NCBI GenBank assembly: GCA_965223605.1
Contig: CBDCXA010000005.1
Coordinates: 254,473-318,472, forward strand
Length of the DNA stretch: 64,000 nt
Reading direction: 5' to 3'
Source: Nitrospirales bacterium
Lineage (GTDB): Bacteria; Nitrospirota; Nitrospiria; Nitrospirales; Nitrospiraceae
Numbering within the stretch: the first letter of the stretch is position 1; each line of letters begins with the position of its first letter. The notes under the pieces are model-generated. The model had not been told where the DNA came from, made no database searches, and worked only from the letters and a program-made list of their open reading frames with translations. Positions 1-9,133 of this stretch are shown piece after piece. The translations under genes and the position numbers were made by a program.

Positions 1-1
1 A

Positions 2-583
2 CTCTCTCGAGAATCAGGATTCCGCATCATTGGAGAGGCACGGACCGCGAAAGATGCCGTGGCTCAAGCGATCCTGCACAAACCCGATGTCGTCTTACTG
101 GATGTTCGCATTCCTGATCAAGAAGGCATTGCAGCCTGTACCAATATTCTTGAGGGATCTCCCTCCACGCGTGTGTTATTTCTTACTTCGTATGCGGATG
201 ATAATACGGTCCTTGCTGCCATACTGGCCGGAGCACAAGGATACCTACTCAAAGAAGTTGAGTCACAGACCCTGATCAGTTCTATAAAAATCGTGGCAAG
301 TGGACAGTCCATCTTAGATCCCGTGGTGACCAAACGAGCTCTCGAATGGATGAAGACCCAAAGTTCCCCTCCAACAGAAGGAAAACTCGATTCCCTTTCC
401 CCTCAAGAACGAGCCGTCGTGGCTCTCGTAGCGGAAGGAAAAACCAATAAGGAAATCGCCCTCGACCTGGGATTGAGCGATAAAACCGTCAAAAATTACC
501 TCGCGAATATTTTTCAGAAACTGCATATTTCCCGGAGGGCACAGGCAGCTGTCTTTTTTGCGCAGCGGAACGTCGAATCCTAG
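2..583 (+). CDS. NarL/FixJ-type (LuxR HTH) response regulator, 5' end cut by window edge
   Basis: The frame is open from base 2. Receiver motifs (DVVLLDVRIPD, LFLTSY) are followed by a LuxR-type HTH (LSPQERAVVALVAEGKTNKEIALDLGLSDKTVKNYLANIFQKL). Confidence 0.85.
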   Translation, partial: LSRESGFRIIGEARTAKDAVAQAILHKPDVVLLDVRIPDQEGIAACTNILEGSPSTRVLFLTSYADDNTVLAAILAGAQGYLLKEVESQTLISSIKIVASGQSILDPVVTKRALEWMKTQSSPPTEGKLDSLSPQERAVVALVAEGKTNKEIALDLGLSDKTVKNYLANIFQKLHISRRAQAAVFFAQRNVES

Positions 584-859
584 TTGCCCCTTTCACCAAG
601 ATGAGCGATTCAACATTTCATTTGGTCACCTTGAACAGGTCGAGTCGCAGGGCAGCCAGCTGATTTTTTTTCACAGGGTGCGTAGATGTCATACCTCCAC
701 AACTCCAACGGCCCTTGGACCGACTTTTTCTAGGTGCCGTCTTAGGATTTGCCTTGTGCATTCACAGAGATTAGGCGAAAATGTAGCAAGATCCTTTTCG
801 AACACCTAAACAGGATAGAGGCCATCATCTACTCTCGGCCCGATGTGAAAGGATAAAGC

Positions 860-1237
860 ATGTCGTCGGTACTCATCGTGGATGATGAGGATCAAATTCG
901 AAAGCTCCTACGGACCACATTGGAACGTGCGGGGTATGAGGTCATTGAAGGATCAACAGGAAAGGACGCGCTCCAACAATACCGGACGCACCAAGTCGAT
1001 CTTGTCATCATGGATATTCTCATGCCAGATAAGGATGGGCTGGAAAGCATTTTAGAACTTCGACAAGAATTTCCCGACGCGAAGGTTATTGCCATTACAG
1101 GCGTCAATGATAAAATTGGGATTCTAAACTTTTTAGAAGTCGCCAGGATGCTCGGAGCCAAACGAACCTTGCGAAAGCCATTTGAATTGGATGAGCTGGT
1201 CAAAGCCGTCAATGAGGAAATTCAACATGTAGAATGA
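860..1237 (+). CDS. single-domain CheY-like response regulator
   Basis: 125 aa. Has VLIVDDE, the phospho-acceptor context DLVIMDILMPDKDG, and KPF near the C-terminus. Confidence 0.85.
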   Translation: MSSVLIVDDEDQIRKLLRTTLERAGYEVIEGSTGKDALQQYRTHQVDLVIMDILMPDKDGLESILELRQEFPDAKVIAITGVNDKIGILNFLEVARMLGAKRTLRKPFELDELVKAVNEEIQHVE

Positions 1238-1433
1238 CTCCTAGGTCCATGCGACCGCATGCCTCACGTACCACCCTCACTCCTTGACAGATACCGACTC
1301 TTTCACGGCCTACAGACATTTCCTTGCCCTTCCTAGCAATCAAAGGAAGGCTTAGGCATCATGGGGCAACGTCACATTTAGTTCTTTTCACCGTGAACGA
1401 TTGGGGATAGACAAATACGGCCCGACGTGCTAA

Positions 1434-2765
1434 TTGCCCAAGAGAGAAGCAGATCGCCCTGTTGCCAAGACCGTCTCCTCCAGGCGGAAAAAATGGGAAC
1501 CTATCGTGGAAACATTAAGTGTACAAACCGTGCTGGGGTTAGTGGGCCTCGTCATTCTTATAGGGCTGGCGGGAGAACTTGTGTTGAAGCGCACGGGCAT
1601 TCCAAGTGTCTTGTTCCTCATTCTTCTTGGCGTGGTCCTTGGCCCCATTCTGGAATTGGCCAACCCGGCACATATACAACGTGTGGCCCCCTATTTCGGA
1701 ACCTTGGCACTCCTGATTATTCTCTTTGACGGAGGATTAAATCTCCAACTAAATCGAGTGATTCGAGAGACGCCTCTTGCCTTTCTCTTTACCTGTACCG
1801 TCTTCGTGGGATCCGTTCTGGGTACCGCTGGCTTATTTGTCTGGGCAACGCAAGGGACTTGGATGGCGGGACTCCTCTTAGGATCGATCCTAAGTGGGAC
1901 CGCGGCCTCCATCGTCATACCCGTGACACAACGACTTCACTCGATACAAGACAGCGTCAAGGTGATACTGAGCTTAGAGTCGGCCGTCGTCAATGTGTTC
2001 GTCATCGTCAGCGCCTTGGGACTCATCAAGGTCATGCTCCCATCTGAACAAGCACCTGATATGGTGTGGAATCTATTCAAAGCCTTTTTCTTTGCACTTC
2101 TTTTGGCTTCTGTTGCCGGTGCGGTTTGGGCTCGTCTGTTGACCTGGCTGCAGGGCCAAGCCCTTTCCTACATGCTCACCCTCGCGGCTATTCTCGTTCT
2201 CTATGACTTGGCAGAACTGACGGGGGCGAACGGTGCTGTCACGATTCTTTTATTTGGCCTCGTGCTGGGAAATATGCAAAGTATGGTGTCGCGACTGGCC
2301 AGTCCTATTAGACAACGACTCGGGTATGAACTTGATCAAGCCCAGTTTGCCCTTGATGTCGTTCTTAAGCGTTTTAACGAGGAACTGTCATTTTTAGTAC
2401 GAACGTTTTTTTATGTATTACTCGGCCTCATTCTTGACCCAGCCCAATTATCGATTACCGTCATAATAGCGGGCCTGGCCTTTTTTGCCGTGGGATTATT
2501 GGTACGCGGGATCGTGATTGAGATATTTGGCCGACTGTGGAGTGGGTGGAGTCTTCATGAGAAACGGGTGATTTCAGCTATGTTACCGCGCGGACTCGCC
2601 ACCGCCGTCATGGCCTTTCTCCCAGCCAACGCTGGTGTTCCACACACGGAACAGTTCCCCATGTATGCTGTCACCGTTATTGTCTTTTCTGTTCTCTACA
2701 TGACCGTGATGCTCGCGCTAGAACGTCGACCTACTCTACAGACTGGAGTTGCCATCTACCCATGA
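1434..2765 (+). CDS. cation:proton antiporter (CPA1, Na+/H+ exchanger family)
   Basis: 443-aa polytopic membrane ORF with Na_H_exchanger-like N-terminal helices (GIPSVLFLILLGVVLGP). The listed start is TTG and an internal GTG near 1506 is possible, so the start is uncertain. Confidence 0.75.
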   Translation: MPKREADRPVAKTVSSRRKKWEPIVETLSVQTVLGLVGLVILIGLAGELVLKRTGIPSVLFLILLGVVLGPILELANPAHIQRVAPYFGTLALLIILFDGGLNLQLNRVIRETPLAFLFTCTVFVGSVLGTAGLFVWATQGTWMAGLLLGSILSGTAASIVIPVTQRLHSIQDSVKVILSLESAVVNVFVIVSALGLIKVMLPSEQAPDMVWNLFKAFFFALLLASVAGAVWARLLTWLQGQALSYMLTLAAILVLYDLAELTGANGAVTILLFGLVLGNMQSMVSRLASPIRQRLGYELDQAQFALDVVLKRFNEELSFLVRTFFYVLLGLILDPAQLSITVIIAGLAFFAVGLLVRGIVIEIFGRLWSGWSLHEKRVISAMLPRGLATAVMAFLPANAGVPHTEQFPMYAVTVIVFSVLYMTVMLALERRPTLQTGVAIYP

Positions 2766-4009
2766 ATCTCATCCACACCATTACCCTCCTCGTTTGTCTT
2801 TCTGCCCTGTTTAGTTATCTGAACTATCGGTTTCTCAAATTACCGATGGCCATTGGTCTCATGGCCATATCGCTTGGAATGTCCCTCCTCTTGGTGCTCT
2901 TAGGTCGTTTTGGAATTGGAATCGAAGGGGAGGCCACCGCCTTTATTCAATCCATTGATTTTCATGAGACCTTAATGCATGGCATGTTGAGTTTTCTCTT
3001 ATTTGCAGGGGCTCTCCATTTTAATGTCCACGACCTATTCCATCAAAAATGGTTTATCGGCACCTTAGCTTCTCTGGGGACGCTCCTCTCTACCCTGCTG
3101 GTTGGCATTCTGTCTTATGGAATATTTGGCCTCATGGGGCTCGATTTTCCCATGCTCTATTGCCTGTTATTTGGGGCATTGATTTCTCCTACGGACCCGA
3201 TCGCCGTGGTCGGTATCCTCAAAACTGCCGGAGTCCCAAAGTCCCTGGAAGTCAAGATTACGGGAGAGTCCTTATTTAATGACGGCATTGGGGTGGTCAT
3301 GTTCGTCGTCCTCCTCGGCATCGTGAATCATGGATTGGCAGATCCCCAAAGTATTGCTCTTCTTTTTCTTCAGGAAGCGATTGGTGGCATGCTTCTCGGA
3401 ATCATCCTCGGTTACGTGGCCTACCTCATGTTGCAGTCCGTTGATAACTACCAGGTCGAAGTTCTCCTCACCTTGGCGTTGGTGATGGGGGGCTATACCC
3501 TTGCTCATGGTCTTCACACCTCTGGTCCCATCACGGTAGTCGTGAGTGGCCTTGTAGTCGGGAGTTACGCAAGAAAACTCGCCATGTCTTCCATCTCCCA
3601 AGAATATCTCGATAAGTTTTGGGAACTCCTCGATGAAATGATGAACGCCATACTCTTCGTATTGATTGGTCTTGAAATCCTGGTTCTTCATATACAAGGC
3701 ACCTATGTGGTCGCTGGACTTTTGGCCATCCCGATGGTCCTCTTTTCCCGGTGGGTCGCGGTTGGACTTCCCGTCAAACTCTTTAGCCTTCGCCAAACAT
3801 TTTCTGAAAAGGCCATTACGATACTGACTTGGGGCGGGTTGCGTGGAGGTATTTCTGTCGCCATGGCCCTCTCCCTCCCCATGGGTCCCATGAGGGATGC
3901 AATTGTAACGATCACCTACATCGTGGTGGTCTTTTCGATCCTGGTTCAAGGCCTTACAATTGAAAAACTGGTCAAATCCTCCACACCAAAAGAGGCCACC
4001 CTCTCTTAA
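2762..4009 (+). CDS. NhaP-type Na+/H+ antiporter (CPA1)
   Basis: 415 aa. Motifs LLFGALISPTDPIAV and GESLFNDGIGVV are typical of NhaP/CPA1. The ATG overlaps the upstream stop (ATGA). Confidence 0.85.
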   Translation: MNLIHTITLLVCLSALFSYLNYRFLKLPMAIGLMAISLGMSLLLVLLGRFGIGIEGEATAFIQSIDFHETLMHGMLSFLLFAGALHFNVHDLFHQKWFIGTLASLGTLLSTLLVGILSYGIFGLMGLDFPMLYCLLFGALISPTDPIAVVGILKTAGVPKSLEVKITGESLFNDGIGVVMFVVLLGIVNHGLADPQSIALLFLQEAIGGMLLGIILGYVAYLMLQSVDNYQVEVLLTLALVMGGYTLAHGLHTSGPITVVVSGLVVGSYARKLAMSSISQEYLDKFWELLDEMMNAILFVLIGLEILVLHIQGTYVVAGLLAIPMVLFSRWVAVGLPVKLFSLRQTFSEKAITILTWGGLRGGISVAMALSLPMGPMRDAIVTITYIVVVFSILVQGLTIEKLVKSSTPKEATLS

Positions 4010-4016
4010 CCCATTG

Positions 4017-4047
4017 CCGACCCTATTAAGGGGTCGGGAGTCTTTTT
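4017..4047 (+). terminator. candidate intrinsic terminator after the second antiporter gene
   Basis: Stem CCGACCC (4017-4023) pairs with GGGTCGG (4031-4037) around a 7-nt loop, followed by AGTCTTTTT. It overlaps REP-like motif copy 1. Confidence 0.5.
4030..4047 (+). repeat. REP-like motif copy 1 (GGGGTCGGGAGTCTTTTT)
   Basis: Same 15-nt core as at 5557 (one mismatch) and, inverted, at 6298. Confidence 0.6.
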
Positions 4048-4453
4048 CAATTCCCATCCTCTGCCTATTTTCACCTGACAAACTTCCGTTCACCAACCTT
4101 GAACACTCAAAACTCCCTCATTTATTACTTTGGTACAAAAATTCTTCAAACCGAAACGACAGGCGTTACCCAGAACATTCCCAGCGGTCTGGCCATATTG
4201 AATAGGCCACACACGTAGGGTACACTCTACGAATGGTCCTTCTTCCAATGGCAAACTCGCGACTTACTTGCTGGCGGTACGATGCAGGGTAGAGATATGC
4301 CATACCTCCTTGAACAAAAGAAAACTTCGATTTAACGTTTCTACGTTCTGTTGTACTAAGGATCCAACAATCGACCTTATACCCACGGGATAAAAGATTT
4401 TTATAGGGCCTTCGTTTTCCCATTTCCTACTATCCAAAGAGAAAGGACATATC

Positions 4454-4849
4454 ATGGGATTATTTGGAAAAATTCTAGAAAAATTAGGCTTTGGCAGTTC
4501 CGAGGCAGAGGCCGCACCTCCGACCCCTCCGCCTTCAGCCGCATCAGCTCCACCCCCCCCAACACCTCCTCCTCCAAAAGAAATGTCCCCGGTAGATGTC
4601 GTCAGTAAACTCGAAGGCCTTGCAGCTGCAAGTAAGGAAAAATTGAACTGGAAGGTCTCCATCGTTGACCTCCTCAAGCTCCTAGGTCTTGAGAGCAGTT
4701 ACGCTGCCCGTAAAGAAATGGCTGCTGAATTAAACTGTCCAGCCGATAAAATGGGAGATTCCGCGCAAATGAATATGTGGCTGCATAAAACTGTACTCAA
4801 GAAACTAGCAGAAAATGGGGGGAACATCCCTAAGGACTTATTAGACTAA
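4454..4849 (+). CDS. DUF3597-family protein
   Basis: 131 aa. N-terminal MGLFGKILEKLGF, a Pro/Ala-rich linker, and a C-terminal block KLNWKVSIVDLLKLLGLESSYAARKEMAAEL...MNMWLHKTVLKKLAENGG, which I recognise as the DUF3597 signature. Confidence 0.75.
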   Translation: MGLFGKILEKLGFGSSEAEAAPPTPPPSAASAPPPPTPPPPKEMSPVDVVSKLEGLAAASKEKLNWKVSIVDLLKLLGLESSYAARKEMAAELNCPADKMGDSAQMNMWLHKTVLKKLAENGGNIPKDLLD

Positions 4850-5087
4850 TCATGTTTGCCCCTCTCTCAACCAAGCATTTAATCCCGAGGGGCTGGAAGG
4901 CACATACGTTCTGACCCATATTAGGAACCAAGAGATGTCATCTTTTGAGCAGCAATGACCTAAATCTCTTAGGTTGTTGCTGTCTCAATTGAATCTTGTG
5001 TGTCATCCAATATTCTTCATCTCTCCATTCATGCCTACGCCTACTCTCTCAATTTGTTCTGAAAATTTTGTTAGTTAGATAATTTCT

Positions 5088-5552
5088 ATGTTTAAAATTA
5101 TTCTCTATGAACCGGAGATTCCTGCAAACACGGGGAATATTATACGCCTTTGTGCCAATACCCAGGCCTCTCTTCATTTGGTCGAACCATTAGGTTTTAC
5201 AATGGAAGACCGGCTCCTACGTCGCGCAGGGCTTGACTACCATGAATGTGCGAGCATTTCGGTTCACAAAAACTGGGATGCCTGTCAGGCTCAACTTTCA
5301 AAGGGTCGACTCTTTGCGTTCTCCACCAAGGGCTCTCAACGCTATGACCTTTGCTCATTTTCAGCCGGGGATCGATTCCTATTCGGTCCGGAAACTCGTG
5401 GATTACCGACGCACATCCTGAAATCGGTGCCTGAATCTCAATGCATACGGGTTCCTATGGCCAAAGGAAGCCGAAGCCTCAACCTCTCCAATACAGTAGC
5501 CATTGTGCTCTATGAGGCCATGCGGCAATTGGATTTTGGGTCTTGCCAATAA
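5088..5552 (+). CDS. trmL: tRNA (cytidine/uridine-2'-O)-methyltransferase, SpoU/TrmL family
   Basis: 154 aa. IILYEPEIPANTGNIIRLCANT and LLRRAGLDYH closely resemble TrmL (YibK). Confidence 0.85.
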   Translation: MFKIILYEPEIPANTGNIIRLCANTQASLHLVEPLGFTMEDRLLRRAGLDYHECASISVHKNWDACQAQLSKGRLFAFSTKGSQRYDLCSFSAGDRFLFGPETRGLPTHILKSVPESQCIRVPMAKGSRSLNLSNTVAIVLYEAMRQLDFGSCQ

Positions 5553-5556
5553 GAAA

Positions 5557-5574
5557 GGGGTCGGGAATCTTTTC
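5557..5574 (+). repeat. REP-like motif copy 2 (GGGGTCGGGAATCTTTTC)
   Basis: Lies upstream of the RAYT start and is inverted relative to copy 3. Confidence 0.6.
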
Positions 5575-5609
5575 TTGACGAAGGACCTACCTCTTTCATA
5601 CAATGGGCC

Positions 5610-6281
5610 ATGCCTAGACGTCCTCGACTTGCCGCTGGCGGTATCGCCTACCATGTGTTGAATCGCCGAATCGGACGACTCCCACTCTTTCAAAAACCCC
5701 AAGACTACAAGGCTTTTGAACGGATTCTCCATGAAGCCTATCAACAAACCGGTCTCCGCATCACGACCTATTGCCTTATGCCCAACCATTGGCATCTTTT
5801 GTTATGGCCTCGATACGATGAAGAACTCTCTGAAGCCATGCGCTGGATCACCGTCACCCATACCCAAAGATGGCATGCTCGACGCCAGACTTCCGGTACA
5901 GGTCCGATCTACCAAGGGCGGTTTAAATCTTTTCCGGTACAACGGGATGAACACTTTCTTACCGTTTCACGCTATATTGAACGAAATGCGTTGCGGGCGG
6001 ACCTGGTAGAGCGAGCGGAGGAGTGGCAATGGTCTAGCCTCTGGCGAAGACGCCAAGATGACCCTAGGCTGACCACATGGCTGAGTCCATGGCCCGTTGA
6101 GCAACCAAAGGATTGGCTTGCCCGTGTGAACCGTCCAGAACGAGCCTCTGACCTCGATACGTTGCGTACTTGTGTCCAGCGGGGTCGACCCTATGGAACC
6201 GATGCCTGGATTACTCGAACCGCCAAACGCTTATCCCTTGAATCAACCTTACGTCCTCGAGGACGGCCCAAAGGGTCATGA
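5610..6281 (+). CDS. IS200-like Y1 (HUH) transposase, REP-associated tyrosine transposase (RAYT)-like
   Basis: 223 aa. HUH motif in LMPNHWHLLLWP, a catalytic Tyr context in SRYIERNALRA, and a conserved N-terminus (IAYHVLNR). Confidence 0.8.
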   Translation: MPRRPRLAAGGIAYHVLNRRIGRLPLFQKPQDYKAFERILHEAYQQTGLRITTYCLMPNHWHLLLWPRYDEELSEAMRWITVTHTQRWHARRQTSGTGPIYQGRFKSFPVQRDEHFLTVSRYIERNALRADLVERAEEWQWSSLWRRRQDDPRLTTWLSPWPVEQPKDWLARVNRPERASDLDTLRTCVQRGRPYGTDAWITRTAKRLSLESTLRPRGRPKGS

Positions 6282-6297
6282 GCCATCCTCTTGAAAT

Positions 6298-6312
6298 AAG
6301 ACTCCCGACCCC
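6298..6312 (-). repeat. REP-like motif copy 3 (reverse complement GGGGTCGGGAGTCTT)
   Basis: Plus-strand AAGACTCCCGACCCC lies downstream of the RAYT stop. Confidence 0.6.
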
Positions 6313-6327
6313 TTTTTTTTGTAGCTG

Positions 6328-6768
6328 ATGTGGCCCCTGAGACTCAATGCCATTGTTGGAAGCGTGGTCGTTACGATCGGGTTTTGGGTCACCTGGGGAA
6401 GGCTGACCACACCCACCCTGGTGATGTTCGCGTTGGGAGTTGTGGCCTTTCTGCTCTGGCGCGCACATTCTCTTCCCGAAGTCTGGGCTTGGGCTACATT
6501 GTTGTTAGGGGTGGAATGTTTGGCCTGGCCCATTCTGACCATGGGTCGAATCAGAATGGAAACCGCGGAGCCCACCGAACAGCAAATGGGGGACATCCTC
6601 TCCTCGGTGATTTTTGGAATTTTCACTGGTATTTTTTGGTTAACCTTCTCTTACGGAATCTTCAGGAAAATCTATCCACCATCGCCCACAGTTCCTGAGT
6701 CAGCCCCATCTCCAAGCGAGAAGAAAATTTCTAATAAGAAAAAGAAAAAAAAAGGTGGGAAGGGATAG
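6328..6768 (+). CDS. hypothetical membrane protein with a poly-Lys C-terminal tail
   Basis: 146 aa with about four hydrophobic helices. The tail KKISNKKKKKKGGKG is encoded partly by an A9 run. No family recognised. Confidence 0.5.
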   Translation: MWPLRLNAIVGSVVVTIGFWVTWGRLTTPTLVMFALGVVAFLLWRAHSLPEVWAWATLLLGVECLAWPILTMGRIRMETAEPTEQQMGDILSSVIFGIFTGIFWLTFSYGIFRKIYPPSPTVPESAPSPSEKKISNKKKKKKGGKG

Positions 6769-6769
6769 G

Positions 6770-9133
6770 TCACGCCATCTCGATGGGATCTACATCGATA
6801 TCTATCTGCACACCCCCACACTGTTTTTCGGACTCCAGCCTCTCTTTCGTTTCTCTCACAATCTGTCGGGCCTGGTCAGGTTGGAGTGTTTTCACTAACA
6901 ATTGCCAACTAACACTTCCAGTGCCTTTGATCTGAGTCGAGGGGACGGGACCAAGGATCGTCAGATCTGGTAGGTCATCCGCCTCAGTAGCAAACGCCTT
7001 CTTTGCGATCGTCCGAGCCCAACGGGGGTGTTGAGACTCATAGGAACTCTGTAACCGACGGCCCCACTCTTGAGCCACTTTCAATACATGATTCGCATCA
7101 CGACCTGAGACGCGCAGGCTTATAATTGTGCTGAATGGAGGGTAGCAGAGAGCGGACCGGAGCTTGAGTTCTTGTTGATAGAAAACCTGAGGATCCTGCT
7201 TCACCACTGCTTGAATGGTATGGTGATCACTGGCATAAGTTTGGAGGATAATTTTTCCTCCCTCCTGTTGAGACTTCGAAAGGGCGACGACATGACATAA
7301 GGCGTGATAGGCCCACTCTGCGGCACGAAAGTCCGGAAAATGTAAACCAGCATCAGCATAAGGCACCCCCACACAATCGACAAGAGGAAGGGGTGGGCCC
7401 TGAAAGACCATCTGGGTACCAATTAAAACATCAATCTCACCTTTCCACATACTTTGACGAATTTGCTCCGGAGGGAATGTGCGAGATGAAGGCCCGCGAT
7501 CTAATCTGGCCACCCGTGCATATGGAAACATTCGTCGAACTTCTTCTTCTAACCACTCAGTTCCAAACCCTACCGGCTCCAACCGAGCGGCATGACAGGA
7601 TGTACATTGGTCGGGGACCGGAGCAGATACCCCACAGACCTGACAGGCTAGACTTTGGGAATGTCGATAGTAGGTGAACGAGATCTGACAGGAAGGACAT
7701 CGTGGCACTAGACCACAATCCCGGCAGATTAATAGTGGAGCGAACCCTTTCCTATTATGGTAGAGGATAACCTGGCCTCCGCTCTCGAGCGTCGAGGTCA
7801 TGGTTCGTTTCATCGCTTGACCCAACAAGGCCCCGTAGGGGATGTCACGAACAGGGCAGCAAATGATAGCCGGCGGTCTAAGGGGCTCTCGAAAAACTGG
7901 GGCCTCACCGGCAAAATCTTGTATGGCCTGGACGGTTTCTAATGAAGGATGGCTTGATCCGAGAAGCAGAATGGCCTGACTCTGCCGGGCACGCTCCCAC
8001 CCAACATCCCTGGCATGGAATCGTGGTGATTGTTCATCCTTAAGAGAAGTGTCCTCTTCGGCATCGAGACAGATCAGGCCGAGATCTTTCACAGGTGCAA
8101 AAATCGTCGAGCGGGTGCCAACCACAATTCTGGCGGTCCCATTTTGTATCCGCTCCCACACTCCAGCACGGACCTTGCTCTGCACACGTCCATGGAGCAA
8201 TTCCATTTGACCAGGCCATCGTTTTTGAACCCAGTCGCCAATCAAACAGGCTCGATGGACCTCTCCTGTCACAATTAACACGCCCCTCTTATGAGTAAGG
8301 GCCAACTCTATGGCGTCTACCAGATATCCAAGCCGCTTCTCCGCCGAAGCCTCCACCAACATGGGGATAAAGCTTCCCTCCCCCAGAGCCTGTGCCACAG
8401 TATTGCGAAACAATGAAATTGCCGGGGATGAAAGATTCCGTGTCACGGTGGATCCCTCAAGGCCAAGGTCACGGGATTCCACAGGACGGTTCTTGTTCAC
8501 TGGGTCAACGGATTTCTTTTTTTTGATTTCCTCCGTCACCCATCCTTTTTTTCTAAACTGCTGAATCTGCCTGGCCGTCGTTCCCTTCACAGAACGACGG
8601 AGAGTATCAAGGGTCAGACCCTTGGCCACAGTGGTCAGACGCTCAAGTACTAAACGATTGGTGGAAGAAAGTCGCCTGTTGGTATGCAAGACTTCTTTGC
8701 CTACTTCCGTGATGCGGTATCGAAGGGAAACACGTGGAGCCTTTTCTGGCGGGGAGAGAAATTTGATGCATTGTCCAATTGGTGCAAGGTAATAATCCGA
8801 AAGAAATTGAGCCATGGTGAGAACATCCTGAGATGATTCAGGTCCCCCCAATCCCTCTTGCACCGAAAGTATCTCTTTGAACTCTCGAGGAAATCCTTTT
8901 TTCGAACCTTGCTGAGTGTCAGGGCTATGATTGAGAGAGACGACCAGTCCCTTTAAGGTACTGGGGCCAAAAGGAACCCACACCAGACTTCCCACATGCA
9001 ATCGATCATGTAAATGGGAAGGAATACGATAGGTAAAGGCCCGGCTCAAGCGACGAGGAACAATGACATCGGCAAACATGGGCTTCGTCGACCGGGTTAC
9101 CGGGGTCGGAACGGAGGGAGGAGAAGGCGGCAT
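6770..9133 (-). CDS. priA: primosomal protein N' (PriA) homolog with degenerate ATPase/helicase motifs
   Basis: Collinear with E. coli PriA as recalled from memory: N-terminal FADVIVP...VWVPFG, the Cys-rich Zn region CRDCG..CPSC..CQVCG..CTSC, and LIGTQM. The likely start is M19 (9079). See findings for the motif changes. Confidence 0.9.
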   Translation of the reverse strand: MPPSPPSVPTPVTRSTKPMFADVIVPRRLSRAFTYRIPSHLHDRLHVGSLVWVPFGPSTLKGLVVSLNHSPDTQQGSKKGFPREFKEILSVQEGLGGPESSQDVLTMAQFLSDYYLAPIGQCIKFLSPPEKAPRVSLRYRITEVGKEVLHTNRRLSSTNRLVLERLTTVAKGLTLDTLRRSVKGTTARQIQQFRKKGWVTEEIKKKKSVDPVNKNRPVESRDLGLEGSTVTRNLSSPAISLFRNTVAQALGEGSFIPMLVEASAEKRLGYLVDAIELALTHKRGVLIVTGEVHRACLIGDWVQKRWPGQMELLHGRVQSKVRAGVWERIQNGTARIVVGTRSTIFAPVKDLGLICLDAEEDTSLKDEQSPRFHARDVGWERARQSQAILLLGSSHPSLETVQAIQDFAGEAPVFREPLRPPAIICCPVRDIPYGALLGQAMKRTMTSTLESGGQVILYHNRKGFAPLLICRDCGLVPRCPSCQISFTYYRHSQSLACQVCGVSAPVPDQCTSCHAARLEPVGFGTEWLEEEVRRMFPYARVARLDRGPSSRTFPPEQIRQSMWKGEIDVLIGTQMVFQGPPLPLVDCVGVPYADAGLHFPDFRAAEWAYHALCHVVALSKSQQEGGKIILQTYASDHHTIQAVVKQDPQVFYQQELKLRSALCYPPFSTIISLRVSGRDANHVLKVAQEWGRRLQSSYESQHPRWARTIAKKAFATEADDLPDLTILGPVPSTQIKGTGSVSWQLLVKTLQPDQARQIVRETKERLESEKQCGGVQIDIDVDPIEMA

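Noticed and set aside
3272-4096. 274-aa ORF on the minus strand
   Set aside because: It lies entirely antisense to the NhaP-type antiporter gene, which has clear family motifs. Its product is low-complexity and charged with no recognisable family, so it is a typical shadow ORF.
4264-4677. 137-aa minus-strand ORF with a GGGVGGGG run
   Set aside because: The Gly run is simply the mirror image of the Pro-rich linker of the DUF3597 gene on the + strand. The remainder lies in non-coding spacer.
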